A stretch of 63,779 bases of DNA, filler included, from Octopus bimaculoides (GCF_001194135.2; 4 parts of 2 records of this genome joined end to end with filler, not necessarily neighbours in it), one strand, 5' to 3'. Positions 26,309 through 40,866 are shown, numbered from the whole stretch's first letter. A program made the numbers and translations. The notes: a model not told the origin generated them from the sequence alone.

Positions 26309-27876
26309 TGTATGTATGTATGTATGTATGTATCCATGAATCTGTCTATGTGTGGCTATGTGCATATTTGTATTCAATAACAATGGCATCTATATTTAGC
26401 TTAAGGCTATCTTTGCAGTGGATGCCATTGTTTATAATTTTGTCAACATCATGCCGTGATGGTAGGTAGTAACTTGGGGACACTTTTTGGCCAGCTGCTG
26501 GTCACTTGCAATAACGTCCATAGAAATGTGACGCAATCAGCGTATTTAGTCGCATCTGGAGGGGTTTAATGCTTTCTCTGTCTCTTCCATTCATTCGATA
26601 TTTTGCAATCTCCTACCCTTGGATTTTTGCAAAAGTACAACTTTCAAAATGTCACGTAATGTCTAGCGTCATCGTCAAAATTACGGACAACATACGCACG
26701 CATAACCTTTGTGTGTTTGTGTGTATGTGTGTTTGTGTGTGTGTAAAATGCTTTTCTTCTAGATCTTTGTTGAGCTACGCTAGTCCAGCAATTGTGAGTT
26801 TGTGTGGAAGGTCATTGGTGAGTACTTCGTTACGGATTCACTTATGACCCTTAAGACATTCTCTTCTCTTCTAAACATTCTGTTGTTGTATTTATTCATT
26901 TATTTATTTATTACGACTGTTGTTTTGCAAATGCCGTCACAGTGATAACATACGACACCCAAAGGTTGACTGCACTGGTCTTAAACCTCTTACGACGTTT
27001 TTTCTTTTCCTTCAGTTGAGTCTCTCAATATCACCATTTCTAATAGACAACAGGAATTTGCTGGTTTTAATTGAGGCACAAGTGTTCCAAAAGTTGGCAC
27101 CATTAGTGGTTCTGTAAATACAATAAATCTGCTATAATGTTATTTTCTTTATGGTACCGTTGCATGGTACGTTATCATCGATACAAAAGTATTTGCAGCA
27201 TGCGCTGTGTGAAGAGAGGAGATAGAGATCTTAAATTAAAGATTGTTAGGTAAAAAAGGAAGGCTTCAAAAATGAGAATGACATGAATTATTTGGAATGA
27301 GGTTTTCATATTGTGTAAGCACTTTCGCTGTTTGCAGCTTTTCAAACTCACATGGTGTAAGGAAATCTGTATAGAGGAAGTTCTTTTTAGCAGTGGTCTC
27401 AATTTTTTTGGTTTAATTTCAGATTGAGAATTCATAGCTGATCAGTTTCTTCTTTTACTCTGAAAAAAAAAAAAGAGGCGGGGAGATACTATGAACTTTC
27501 CGTTTACTCAAATGTCTAGATGTTCGCTGCATGGAACATTTCTAAGAGATGAACTTGAATTGTTGCTTATGTACCCGAAGCCGGTTTATTAATCTTTATC
27601 TCGTTTGTTTGATGAAATTTTTATTCCGTTGCAAACGCATGATGCAGTAAATAATTTTTTTTCTTTAACAATTCATAACTTTCTTCAAATGTGAATGTAT
27701 CAAGGATTTCTATATGTGAGTGTATATGTATGTATGCATGTATGTATGTATGTATGTATGTATGTATGTATGTATGTATGTATGTATGTATACATATATG
27801 TTACGCTGTTTGCAGCTTTTTAAATTCACGTGGTGCAAGGAAATCCGGATTGAGAAAGTTCTTTTTAGCAGTGGCT

Positions 27877-27976
27877 NNNNNNNNNNNNNNNNNNNNNNNN
27901 NNNNNNNNNNNNNNNNNNNNTTAATTAATTAANNNNNNNNNNNNNNNNNNNNNNNNNNNNNNNNNNNNNNNNNNNN
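27877..27976. other. Assembly spacer N44-TTAATTAATTAA-N44 (also 45056-45155 and 61907-62006)
   Basis: Identical 100-bp layout three times; the palindromic 12-mer has stop codons in all six frames. Confidence 0.9.
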
Positions 27977-28299
27977 GGGGGGGGGGCATATAAGATTTCC
28001 TTGTAAAAATTTATATCCAATGAATTGGGTATACTCTTACAATATAAAAAATATTTTAAAATAGCTTTAAATATTTCCTAATAACTGTTATGTTTCAAGC
28101 TACTGCTATCTAGCACCTTCGGATGATCTCTACTCAACCGCTACTCGGCAGCTACTCAATAACTACTCAACCCCCTACCGCGGCCAGACTACCTCTATTT
28201 ATATGTCTTGGTCGATCCTGCTTCTTTGCTTGGGGTCGTCGACACAACAATGATATTTAATTATAAAAATATATTAGGAATTTTTTTAAGATTTCATTT

Positions 28300-28372
28300 T
28301 ACTATGGGGGTCTGGCAGAGAAAAATAAAAACCAAGGGGTTCACATGTAAAATAAATGGTTGAGAACCACTG
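28300..28372. mobile_element. 3' end of a hAT MITE
   Basis: Ends ggttgagaaccactg|atttaaat, the same TIR type as the 14019 end. Confidence 0.6.
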
Positions 28373-28834
28373 ATTTAAATGCCGGACTAAATGCAGAACT
28401 TTAACCTTCACATCCCCAATACAAAACGTTAAGTCTCCCACCAGAGGCCAAATAAACTACAACAAAATGGAATGACTCATCTGCTGACCAACTAACCTTT
28501 TCAAATTGACCACGTTCTTTTGTGAAATCCGTGAAAAAAAAACAAAACAAAAAAAAAACAGAAGACCTAATTTGCATAGCTCAATTCTGAACAAAAATAC
28601 AACTCCAAATTTAGTCACTAAAAGTATTCCATAATACATTTTCATCACAACCATACCTTACAACGTCATTATTCAATAGAGATACATGAACACCAAAAAA
28701 GTTTAACTTCATAAAGACTATATAAAGTCATAATGAACCCATATGTACCACAGTCGGCTTCGCAAGCCGAAACTTCCAAATTATCAGTCATTTCTATTCT
28801 TGTTAAAGAATAGTATGTGTACGCATTTATGTAC

Positions 28835-28903
<69 letters not shown>

Positions 28904-30081
28904 TGTGTGTGTACTCTATATACATACATACGTATATATGTACACACACGCACACTCACAAAAACATGTTCACACACACATGTTTTTAGGTATGTGCACG
29001 TGGTTGTGTGTGTGTATATATGTGCGCACATATGCTGCATAGACATGTACTTTCGAGCCTATATACACATATTCGGGTCTGTATCAAGATGAACAATGTG
29101 TGAACGCTACACCACCATTGAAGGGTGTATACATCTGTAACTTGTTTTTCCTTTTAATGTTTTCTTTTACAGTCAGTATATAATCTAGGACATATCTATT
29201 GAGGGTCCGTCTACATAGTATATCAGCACACGTGGTGAGTTTGTCAGAGCGGAAGAATATCTATCATATATTGTTGACTGCCGTACACACACAAAAACAC
29301 GCACACACAAATATACACTCAAACACAAAGAGACACACACACATACACATACACACTTGTGTACATTTCTCATATGATAAGACAACCCACAGTTTTGCGT
29401 TATTCTATTTTTCATACGTCACATTGTTCTGCCTTGTAAGATGAAGACATCAGAATCCGGCCCCCTGATCCACTTCTCCAACACAACACTTCACTCACAG
29501 ACACACACGTATCNNNNNNNNNNNNNNNNNNNNNNNNNNNNNNNNNNNNNNNNNNNNNNNNNNNNNNNNNNNNNNNNNNNNNNNNNNNNNNNNNNNNNNN
29601 NNNNNNNNNNNNNNNNNNNNNNNNNNNNNNNNNNNNNNNNNNNNNNNNNNNNNNNNNNNNNNNNNNNNNNNNNNNNNNNNNNNNNNNNNNNNNNNNNNNN
29701 NNNNNNNNNNNNNNNNNNNNNNNNNNNNNNNNNNNNNNNNNNNNNNNNNNNNNNNNNNNNNNNNNNNNNNNNNNNNNNNNNNNNNNNNNNNNNNNNNNNN
29801 NNNNNNNNNNNNNNNNNNNNNNNNNNNNNNNNNNNNNNNNNNNNNNNNNNNNNNNNNNNNNNNNNNNNNNNNNNNNNNNNNNNNNNNNNNNNNNNNNNNN
29901 NNNNNNNNNNNNNNNNNNNNNNNNNNNNNNNNNNNNNNNNNNNNNNNNNNNNNNNNNNNNNNNGGGTAAATTGTGACCATTTTATATATTTAACTTCGCG
30001 CATGATCATTGTTTGTTGTTGATGTTTTCGACTACACAGTATCGTAGGGTTAGTTGGATACCGTCTGTGAAAAAAAAAAAA

Positions 30082-30366
30082 AACAGCACCATACTACCCA
30101 AGCAGGAGAACCCAGTCATGACTGTCAAACAATTTCTACGACCACATCACTCCTGACATCTGGGCACCTAATTCCGCAGACTGCAACCACTTGATTATTA
30201 TGTTGAGCGAGTGACCAACAAAACTCCTTGTAATACTAAAGACGAACCGAAGGCAAGGATTATGGCAGCATTCACCAACTTAAACAAGGAGACCGTCCAG
30301 AAGAGGTGCAGGAGATTCCGAAGTTGTCTGGAGAAAGTGGTTGAAGCCAATGGTGATTTTATTGAA
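30082..30366 (+). pseudogene. Tc1/mariner-superfamily transposase C-terminal fragment (maT/DD37D-like)
   Basis: SRRTQS*LSNNFYDHITPDIWAPNSADCNHL / TNKTPCNTKDEPKARIMAAF...RFRSCLEKVVEANGDFIE. The degenerate WPPNSPDxNPLD motif and inferred spacing fit DD37D. Confidence 0.75.
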
Positions 30367-30461
30367 AAAATTTACTCTTTAGTATTTCAAGATATTTTTA
30401 TGTAATTTTGGTAAATTCATCTGTTGAAACGAGATGTCAGTGTTACCACAATGTTAATTTT

Positions 30462-30610
30462 CTTTATTCTTTTACTTGCTTCAGTCATTTGACTGCGGCC
30501 TTGCTGGAGCACCACTTTTAGTCAAGTAAATCGACTCCAGGACTTATTCTTTGTAAGCCTAGTACTTATTCTATTTTCCTCTTTTGCCGAACCACTAGAT
30601 TACGGACATC
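30462..30610 (-). mobile_element. SINE family A, 3' fragment
   Basis: ttcagtcatttgactgcggcc...gacttattctttgtaagcctagtac. Confidence 0.8.
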
Positions 30611-31089
30611 ATAAATGACCTTAAATATTTTGCACTCAAGCATACCCCATGTTGACACGTATACGCCAAACTGAACGCTGTTTTATCTCCAAAGTGAATA
30701 TTGCAAATGGAATTTAAACAATTAACAGTTCTTTTCTCTTTTGTATTTGACGACTGTTGCGTCAAGTATTTTATTTCGATTTTCACTGATGTAGTGGTAA
30801 GAGCCACAGTAGTTTCGAATGAAAATAAAAATGGAAGATTTAATCATCCGATGGACAGGCAAACATTACAAACTCGAAACTAACAATTTTGAAAATCTTT
30901 CCAGAATACGGAACGCCCCGCTCTCTCACCCATCTTTCTTTTCCTCACGTGACCATCTATTTTTCCTGTACGGACGTTCAAATGACTAGACGTTTTTTTC
31001 TGTCTCTTCTCTCTTTTCTCTTTCCAAAGAAAATATTTCACCTAGCGTTCACTATTTTCCTCTCGTCCCGGTCAAACGACCCTCCATGT

Positions 31090-31370
31090 TTGTTTTCGTT
31101 CGGTTTTGTTGTTTGTCTCCACTAGCTTGTTCTTTTTTTTGTTCCCACATTTGACCCTCCATAAAACCTAAATTTTATTTTAGAATTTATGGGAGCAACT
31201 GTCTTTGAAGACTCATATTGTTGTTGAATGTTCAAAATGAGGAGTAGATAAACAGCCGACAAGTGATGAAAGGTCATTTCACCATGTTTATTTGTCCTAT
31301 TTTTCATATTTTTTCTCTCGTTGTTTGCATCTTTAACTCGTTTGTTTGTATATTTAATGTTGTTTACAAG
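31090..31370. repeat. Unclassified ~260-bp interspersed repeat, copy 2
   Basis: Same orientation as 25770-26030 and clearly homologous by eye. Confidence 0.75.
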
Positions 31371-34300
31371 TTGNNNNNNNNNNNNNNNNNNNNNNNNNNN
31401 NNNNNNNNNNNNNNNNNNNNNNNNNNNNNNNNNNNNNNNNNNNNNNNNNNNNNNNNNNNNNNNNNNNNNNNNNNNNNNNNNNNNNNNNNNNNNNNNNNNN
31501 NNNNNNNNNNNNNNNNNNNNNNNNNNNNNNNNACAAATTTGGGATTTTACCAACAGAACCGCAACTCCTATTTATATTTCAGGACAGCCTTATTGTCTGG
31601 AATACAGATAGAAAATTATATCCAATATAATAATAAAATAATATAAGCATTTTAAAACCTACTATAAAGTACAATAAAGTAACTGTACTTTATAGTAGCA
31701 AGGATAAGGCACAAGGTCCGAGGTATATGTTATAAAATAGAAATTTTGACTTGCATAAGTACCACACTGCCTTAACTAAACACATACAAAATCACCAAGA
31801 ACAAAGCAAATACCAAAATTATTGAGAACTTCATATATGGTTGCAGACCAAAGGTTATAGTGATTTGCGCTACCAAGTTATTGCTTGGAGCAGCACTGTA
31901 CAATACAAAACGACTGCACCGGAACCAAAAAGCATAAGTGTCGCAATTAATGACTTCCCGTGTGTTTATAGCGTACTTGTTCAGCTTCCGAGTATTTCTA
32001 GACCTCCGTGAACTGTACTACAAATACGATTCCCCCATATTGGTTCATCCGTTGTTTGACTGTTTATCTAGCAGAACTCCCTACTACGTTAGCCTGCTGG
32101 GGATGACGACGATGGATCTTACCTGTATGTATGTATGTATGTATGTATGTATGTGTGTGTATAGACATATCTTTATATATATACATATATGTGTGTGTGT
32201 GCATGTGTATAAATATATGTATATATGTGTGTGTATATATGTATATGTATACACACACACAAACACACACACACATATATATATATATCCTCTAATTCCT
32301 TATGTACTTTGTACTTCTATATGTAAACCATGTTGGCAAAATAACATAGTCTGCCATGGACACCTGTGCTTTGGTTCTTTCTTTCTTTTTCTTTTCTTCC
32401 TCCCTTTGTCACTTTTGCTATGAATTAAATTAATGAATTCAACGGGATACACCGTCTGCAAGTAGTTGGGTTCAGCATATTATCCTCCATTTTCTAATTG
32501 TTACACAAATTTTGGGTAAAACCTCCACTTTTACCCGCTCCCATTGATTGCACCTAGTATAGCACTAGCGTAGCAATAATTGGGTACCCTCCCAGCAGTA
32601 TACTGGATAGATACTATCCCTTAGTGGGTTGTACCNNNNNNNNNNNNNNNNNNNNNNNNNNNNNNNNNNNNNNNNNNNNNNNNNNNNNNNNNNNNNNNNN
32701 NNNNNNNNNNNNNNNNNNNNNNNNNNNNNNNNNNNNNNNNNNNNNNNNNNNNNNNNNNNNNNNNNNNNNNNNNNNNNNNNNNNNNNNNNNNNNNNNNNNN
32801 NNNNNNNNNNNNNNNNNNNNNNNNNNNTATATATATATATATATATATGCATATATACATACATATATGTACATACCTACATATATATGTATATATACAT
32901 GCATATATGGGTACAGGATATAAAAAAAAAAACGTTAAACATAATGAGAAACGAAAAAAAAAAAGAAAAAAGGAAATATAGAAAACGAACATTTTTTCGA
33001 ACAATGAAAAAAACAAACAAAGAAACGAGACATGCAACATAAAGAATATACTACTTCTTCAGTTGACTCTGTTTCATGTACCCCGCGTTTCGAATGTATG
33101 TGTGTGTATATATGTATACATATGTATATGTATAGATATAAATTTACATGTATATCAAATGTACACGAGGTACATTCTGGTCAATGAGAGACTTATTTAA
33201 ATACTGGTCACTTACTATTCAAATTTTCATGAGGAGAACATATATATATAGTGGTAGGAACTATCAGAATCTTCCAAATATCTTGTTTTTCTTATCTTGC
33301 TTACCAAAATTAAGAACAAGTTTGCCACATCGTCAACATGGTAACTTATTATCAATCTCATCCTGACATCTATTTCTAGCTCTTTAAGATGCGCAGTGTG
33401 TTTGTGGCATGGGTTTGTAATTCATGTTTCATTAAAATACAAGACAATATCCGAGGGACTGAATATCCTGGCATGATCCGCTCGTACAACGAGGTCAGAA
33501 CAATACTTGCAATCAGTAATATGTCTTATAACAACATTCGCGACGATTTTTGTGTTAGAACAAATTGTATAAACGCTAATTAGTTACCGGAGCATTCGTC
33601 CACGTGATCGTCAAATATGGCGTTTAGTCTTGCTCCATATTCTCGGACACATTAGATGATATATATATATATATANNNNNNNNNNNNNNNNNNNNNNNNN
33701 NNNNNNNNNNNNNNNNNNNNNNNNNNNNNNNNNNNNNNNNNNNNNNNNNNNNNNNNNNNNNNNNNNNNNNNNNNNNNNNNNNNNNNNNNNNNNNNNNNNN
33801 NNNNNNNNNNNNNNNNNNNNNNNNNNNNNNNNNNNNNNNNNNNNNNNNNNNNNNNNNNNNNNNNNNNNNNNNNNNNNNNNNNNNNNNNNNNNNNNNNNNN
33901 NNNNNNNNNNNNNNNNNNNNNNNNNNNNNNNNNNNNNNNNNNNNNNNNNNNNNNNNNNNNNNNNNNNNNNNNNNNNNNNNNNNNNNNNNNNNNNNNNNNN
34001 NNNNNNNNNNNNNNNNNNNNNNNNNNNNNNNNNNNNNNNNNNNNNNNNNNNNNNNNNNNNNNNNNNNNNNNNNNNNNNNNNNNNNNNNNNNNNNNNNNNN
34101 NNNNNNNNNNNNNNNNNNNNNNNNNNNNNNNNNNNNNNNNNNNNNNNNNNNNNNNNNNNNNNNNNNNNNNNNNNNNNNNNNNNNNNNNNNNNNNNNNNNN
34201 NNNNNNNNNNNNNNNNNNNNNNNNNNNNNNNNNNNNNNNNNNNNNNNNNNNNNNNNNNNNNNNNNNNNNNNNNNNNNNNNNNNNNNNNNNNNNNNNNNNN

Positions 34301-34651
34301 NNNNNNNNNNNNNNNNNNNNNNNNNNNNNNNNNNNNNNNNNNNNNNNNNNNNNNNNNNNNNNNNNNNNNNNNNNNNNNNNNNNNNNNNNNNNNNNNNNNN
34401 NNNNNNNNNNNNNNNNNNNNNNNNNNNNNNNNNNNNNNNNNNNNNNNNNNNNNNNNNNNNNNNNNNNNNNNNNNNNNNNNNNNNNNNNNNNNNNNNNNNN
34501 NNNNNNNNNNNNNNNNNNNNNNNNNNNNNNNNNNNNNNNNNNNNNNNNNNNNNNNNNNNNNNNNNNNNNNNNNNNNNNNNNNNNNNNNNNNNNNNNNNNN
34601 NNNNNNNNNNNNNNNNNNNNNNNNNNNNNNNNNNNNNNNNNNNNNNNNNNN

Positions 34652-34688
<37 letters not shown>

Positions 34689-36202
34689 CGTATATGTGTC
34701 TCATTCACAGCTTCGCTCTCACGGTCGTTCTATGTCTCTACTATATATTTGCCTATATGGAAACTACTAAGAAAGTGGATGTTTTAATAACGATGTTGGT
34801 TTTTCGGTTATTGCAATGTTTATTTTACCAAGAGACACTTTGCATCTGGTCCAGTATTTTAGATGATCTGGAAGAAAAGTAAATTCTTTCGCCCGTGTTT
34901 CCAACTAGTTCGAACGCTAATGATAAACGCAAAAGGCGTTCAGAACTTATTACAATTCCATACATCGACACGCACTTGCATGTACTGCTGTACACTCAGA
35001 CCGACGTACATAATACACTCATGTATATTTATTTGTTCATATATTGCCATAGATTATTTTATATATATTCCCATGCACACACACACACACACACACATAT
35101 ATATACACGCACAAACACACGCTCACATATGCACGAGCGTGTATACTTTTATACAAATACATACATACATACATGCATACATACATACATACATAAATAT
35201 ATATATATATATCTTTATCTTATGATATTTACTTTGTATTATATTATACTTATTTATCGTGCTTTTACTTATTAATTTTTCTATATGTGACTGTATTTTT
35301 ATGGATTAGTTCATGAACTTTGGTTCTTTTCTCTAAAACTATATATATATACATAAGTTATGAAAGGTAATGGTATCAATAAGATCCAAAGGTGTCAGGT
35401 AATGCTGAGTAAGTGCTATGGACAGACGATAGTTAAGCTCCATGTTCGGTGATTATGCGAATGAGGAGGCCAACGTAGGTCATCTATCAGCATATATAAG
35501 CATATCTAAATTTACATGCGCTCATACATGAGTGCATATATATTTACATATAAAAATACATACATAGATAAATACACATATATATATACACAAGTGCGCA
35601 GGCGTAGAAAATTAGAGGTCGCAAGAGGGTTGCTCGTGGAAGGATGAAAGAAATGTAAGTGAAAGAGTTAAGAAACAGAGAATGCGGTAAGCTAGGAATA
35701 GATAGACAGATAAAAGAATGTCCAATTAATAACATAACACTTTCATATTTTGGCACAAGGTCAGCAATTAGAGACAAGGGTGTAGTCGATTGCCTCGGCT
35801 CTGGTGCTCAACTGATATTTATTCTGTCGACCATGAAAAGATGAAAGGAAACGTCGGCGAATTTAAACAGAATGTAAAGCCGGACCAAATGCTGCTAAGA
35901 TCTTTTTTTTCCGGTGCGACAACGGTTCTGTCAGTTCACAACCTCAATATTAATTCGCTCTAGTATAGTCAGGGGCCCTGATATTAATTATAAGGGCCCC
36001 GGTGCGCAACTGATTTATATTTTATCGACACCGAAAGGAGGAAAAGGTAAAAAAAAATCAACCTCAAATATATAATTGACATGAACATGAAGACAGAAAA
36101 AAATATCGCTAGGCATTTTGTACAACATGCTAACCATTCTGCTAGTTTACCGCCTGAATAATAACAGCAGCAGCAGCAGCAGCAGTAGTAGTCGTAGTAG
36201 TC

Positions 36203-36246
<44 letters not shown>

Positions 36247-36493
36247 TACGATGATGATGATGATGATGATGACGATGATGGTGATCTTTTCTACTATAGG
36301 CACAAGGCGTTAAATGTTTTGTGGGGTGGGATGCAAAATATAGACGATTACATCGACCCAGTGCGCTACTGGTACATATTGTATCGACTCCCAAAAGGAT
36401 GAAAAGCAAAGTCGACAATTGGCAGAATTTGAGCTCAGAACATTAAGATTCTGCCCGCTTGCCGTCGCAGTCATAATAATAATAATGATGATA

Positions 36494-36525
<32 letters not shown>

Positions 36526-36913
36526 ACTCTTTTACTCTTTTACTTGTTTCAGTCCTTTAACCGCGGTCATGCTGGAGCACCACCCCTAGTCGAGCACATC
36601 GACCCCAGGACTTATTCTTTGTAAGCCTAGTAAGCCGAACCGCTAAGTTACGGGGACGTAAACACACCAGCATCGGTTGTCAAGCGATGCTGGGGGGACA
36701 AACACAGACACACAAACATATACACACATACATACTCATATATACATATATACGACGGGCTTCTTTCAATTTCCGTCTACCAAATCCACTCACAGGGCTT
36801 TGGTCAGCCCGCGGCTATAGTAGAAGGGACTTGCTCAAGGTGCCACGCAGTGGGACTGAACCTAGAACCATGTGGTTCGTAAGCAAGCTACTTACCACAC
36901 AGCCACTCCGCCT
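36526..36913 (-). mobile_element. SINE family A, near full length, between (GAT)n and (AAT)n tracts
   Basis: Whole body plus reverse head ...gtgccacgcagtgggactgaacc...cttaccacacagccactcc. Confidence 0.9.
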
Positions 36914-36931
36914 ATGCTGCTGCTGCTGATG

Positions 36932-36998
<67 letters not shown>

Positions 36999-37350
36999 TA
37001 ATAATAATAATGTTGGAAGCGAATTAGTTTCGGCTTATTTGATGTTTGTTTTTGAAGTGAAGTTGTTGATAGAGATGTCTGAGATAATGGTTCCTACTTG
37101 GTAGATAGTTTGTTGGTTTGCTGGCATCGAGATTGAACACATGCAAATGGAGATAACATACAGTAAATGGCGGTTTAGGATGTCAGAAATTAAGCGGATG
37201 ATAGGGAAGTTGTTGTCTTAATTTGTAGCGAGCGTGTGTGAATGAGGGGGTAGGAAGAGGAAGGGGGAAAGGGAGCGAGTGAAAGAGAAGGTGTGCTACG
37301 CTATAACTACATATAATTATGTGCATAGGTATATGTATGTATATATTTAC

Positions 37351-37381
<31 letters not shown>

Positions 37382-37409
37382 TATATTTATATATGTATAT
37401 GTATGCATG

Positions 37410-37443
<34 letters not shown>

Positions 37444-37800
37444 NNNNNNNNNNNNNNNNNNNNNNNNNNNNNNNNNNNNNNNNNNNNNNNNNNNNNNNNN
37501 NNNNNNNNNNNNNNNNNNNNNNNNNNNNNATATATATTAGCATATATAGTAATTTTTCAAAAAAATATAGTGAAATCCCTAAAAAAAACGAAAGATTAGT
37601 TTGTGTATATACATTTATATACCCTCACTCTGACGGATTGAGAGAAAAAAAAAGAAAGACAGAGAGAGAGAGAGAGGGGGGAGACGGAGGGAGAGAGATG
37701 GTGGGAGAGAGACGGAGCGAAAGAATGAAATGTAAGGAGAAGTAATAAAGATGGAAAATATTTAGAGATGGAAAAATAATTAAAAAGCAAAACCTCCTAT

Positions 37801-37866
<66 letters not shown>

Positions 37867-38964
37867 CACTACTACTATTACTACTACTACTAACAACAAC
37901 AACAACAATAATAATGTTTAAAACTATAGGTTAAAGGATGAAGTGTATGAGTGTATAACTCTTATGAATGTAGGTGCGTAGGCATGTTTGTATGTATGTA
38001 TGTATGTATGTATGTATTTATGTGTGAAAGTATACTAAGACAGATACGCATAAATTTTTCATATGATATACACGTGTATATATAAGTATATGTGTATATT
38101 ATATATGTATATATATATATATATANNNNNNNNNNNNNNNNNNNNNNNNNNNNNNNNNNNNNNNNNNNNNNNNNNNNNNNNNNNNNNNNNNNNNNNNNNN
38201 NNNNNNNNNNNNNNNNNNNNNNNNNNNNNNNNNNNNNNNNNNNNNNNNNNNNNNNNNNNNNNNNNNNNNNNNNNNNNNNNNNNNNNNNNNNNNNNNNNNN
38301 NNNNNNNNNNNNNNNNNNNNNNNNNNNNNNNNNNNNNNNNNNNNNNNNNNNNNNNNNNNNNNNNNNNNNNNNNNNNNNNNNNNNNNNNNNNNNNNNNNNN
38401 NNNNNNNNNNNNNNNNNNNNNNNNNNNNNNNNNNNNNNNNNNNNNNNNNNNNNNNNNNNNNNNNNNNNNNNNNNNNNNNNNNNNNNNNNNNNNNNNNNNN
38501 NNNNNNNNNNNNNNNNNNNNNNNNNNNNNNNNNNNNNNNNNNNNNNNNNNNNNNNNNNNNNNNNNNNNNNNNNNNNNNNNNNNNNNNNNNNNNNNNNNNN
38601 NNNNNNNNNNNNNNNNNNNNNNNNNNNNNNNNNNNNNNNNNNNNNNNNNNNNNNNNNNNNNNNNNNNNNNNNNNNNNNNNNNNNNNNNNNNNNNNNNNNN
38701 NNNNNNNNNNNNNNNNNNNNNNNNNNNNNNNNNNNNNNNGGGGGGGGGTAATGAGCATAGTAAATGGAATAATAGAGTAAGAGAAAGCAGAGAATAATGG
38801 GAGAGACTCAGAGATCGGGCAGGAAGGAAAGTGTAGGTGAGGTAGACAGAGATTGTGCTGTTCGGGGGTGGAGATGTTTCGAGAATGAATGTTTATAATT
38901 CCACATCTTGACAATACATTTACATTGCAATAACAGTAACTACAAGAGAAGCAACAACAACAGC

Positions 38965-39222
38965 AGGAAGAAGAAGAAGAAGAAGAAGAAGAAGAAGAAG
39001 AAGAAGAAGAAGAAGAAGAAGAAGAAGAAGAAGAAGAAGAAGAAGAAGAAGAACAACAACAACAACAACAACAACAGCAACAATAACAATAACAACAAAA
39101 GCTACAGCTTCAATATCCACAGCAGTAGTAGCAGCAACCATTGCGACAAGAAAAGCATCAACAGCCAGAGTAAATGCAACAACAGCAGGAACCACGTGAA
39201 CAGCAGGAGCGAAATCAGCCGA

Positions 39223-39267
<45 letters not shown>

Positions 39268-39275
39268 TGATGATG

Positions 39276-39344
<69 letters not shown>

Positions 39345-39360
39345 GTGATGATGATACTGA
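38965..39360. repeat. Compound (GAA)n(CAA)n...(AAT)n(GAT)n microsatellite
   Basis: Direct reading. Confidence 0.95.
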
Positions 39361-40074
39361 TGATTCTTTTTATGTGCCACAAGGACCCAAGACATGAAGG
39401 ACAATATCAAAGGACGAATTACAACAGAAAACAGGTGGGCGATCAAAGGGACGCACTACGACATTAAGGAATATAACAAAGGATTTATAAATAGAACTCA
39501 GAGAAATAATTTAATTAATTAATTAATTAGTTAGTTACTTAATAACTAGAATCTCCAATAGCCGGGCAGTCCACTTAGGGTAATTGTGGGTAAACCCCAC
39601 GCAAATATACTGGACTACTCTGCTATCCCTAAGGCATAGAAAAGTGCCCTCCTCCAGTTTTTTTTTTTACTCCTGTTTAGAAAAGCATACTCAGAGTCGA
39701 TCCATTCAGTTCCACCAGTCATATCACGCTTGTCCACCTTTTGATAAACACAGAAGGCAGCACTTCCCTCTCTGCTCTCACCTTCATCTTCGAATGATAT
39801 TTGAAGAAATGGATGAGAGCTTGGCCAAATGGGAAACTGCTTGTCTTCAAGTTTCAGACGGGTCCACAACGCAGTCGCTTTTTGCTACAACCGCTAAGCA
39901 GAGAAAGATCTGCCTTCCTTCTCTGCTAAAAGAAGGTGGTGCGAAGATCTTCACTATACACTTGGCAGACAGCCCCGATTCGTCGTATACAAGACGGCAG
40001 CTGCTTCAACACAAGCCCACAACTCTCTAATACATGCACGCTGAATGGTTGCATGTAGCAAGGTTTCGTCCTTC

Positions 40075-40195
40075 GATAATATTATTATTATTAATAATAA
40101 CAATAATAATAATAATAATTCTTCTTCTTCTTCTTCTTCTTCTTCTTCTTCTTCTTCTTCTTCTTCATCTTCTTCTTCTTCTTCTTCTTCTTCTT

Positions 40196-40272
<77 letters not shown>
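40075..40272. repeat. Compound (ATT/AAT)n(CTT)n(ATT)n microsatellite
   Basis: Direct reading. Confidence 0.95.
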
Positions 40273-40273
<1 letters not shown>

Positions 40274-40745
40274 AAACCCGAAGGCATCATTGAAAATGAT
40301 ATTGCAAAGATGCTATGAGATTTTATGATTCAGCGCGACCATGAGATAGGGAATAGGAAACCAGACATAGTGTTAATTGAGAAAGAAAGCAAACGATGCT
40401 GGATCATAGATGTAGCCCGCCCAGCTGACAACAAGGTATGCGATAAGGAAGAAAGAAAAGTCGATAAATATAACAGGTTAGCTTGGGAGGTTAAGCAGCT
40501 GTGGTCGATGAAAAAGGTGGTAGTAGTACCAATAATTGTCAGAGCCCTGGGCACAGTGAGTAAAAATCTCGAGAAGTACATGGAACAAATAGGGGCTGCA
40601 ATAAGCACTTGTAGAAAGCAGCACTGCTTGGAACTGCTTGAATACTCAGGACGGTGCTCGGAAATAAGAGGTGTTACCTTAGTTCACTGGTAGGGAACAG
40701 CTGACTCCGTAGTACATCTCCAGCGTTAGAAGCAGTGCAAAGACA
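40273..40745 (+). mobile_element. 5'-truncated R4/Dong-type LINE: restriction-like endonuclease domain and 3' UTR
   Basis: KPEGIIEND...ML*DFMIQRDHEIGNRKPDIVLIEK...IIDVARP...KVDKYNRL...VVPIIVRALG, a PD-(D/E)xK RLE motif. Runs into a (CAA)n(TAA)n tail. Confidence 0.85.
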
Positions 40746-40792
40746 ACAAAAACAACAACAACAACAACAACAACAACAGCAACAACAACAAC

Positions 40793-40866
<74 letters not shown>

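Noticed and set aside
26763-26817. Exon-like segment with ttttcttctag acceptor and gtgagt donor
   Set aside because: 55 nt (frame-shifting), stop in phase 0, no PDZ similarity.
27921-27932. TTAATTAATTAA as a conserved biological motif
   Set aside because: Always centred in N44/N44; an assembly linker.
39584-40030. 148-aa ORF
   Set aside because: No recognisable domain or splice context.
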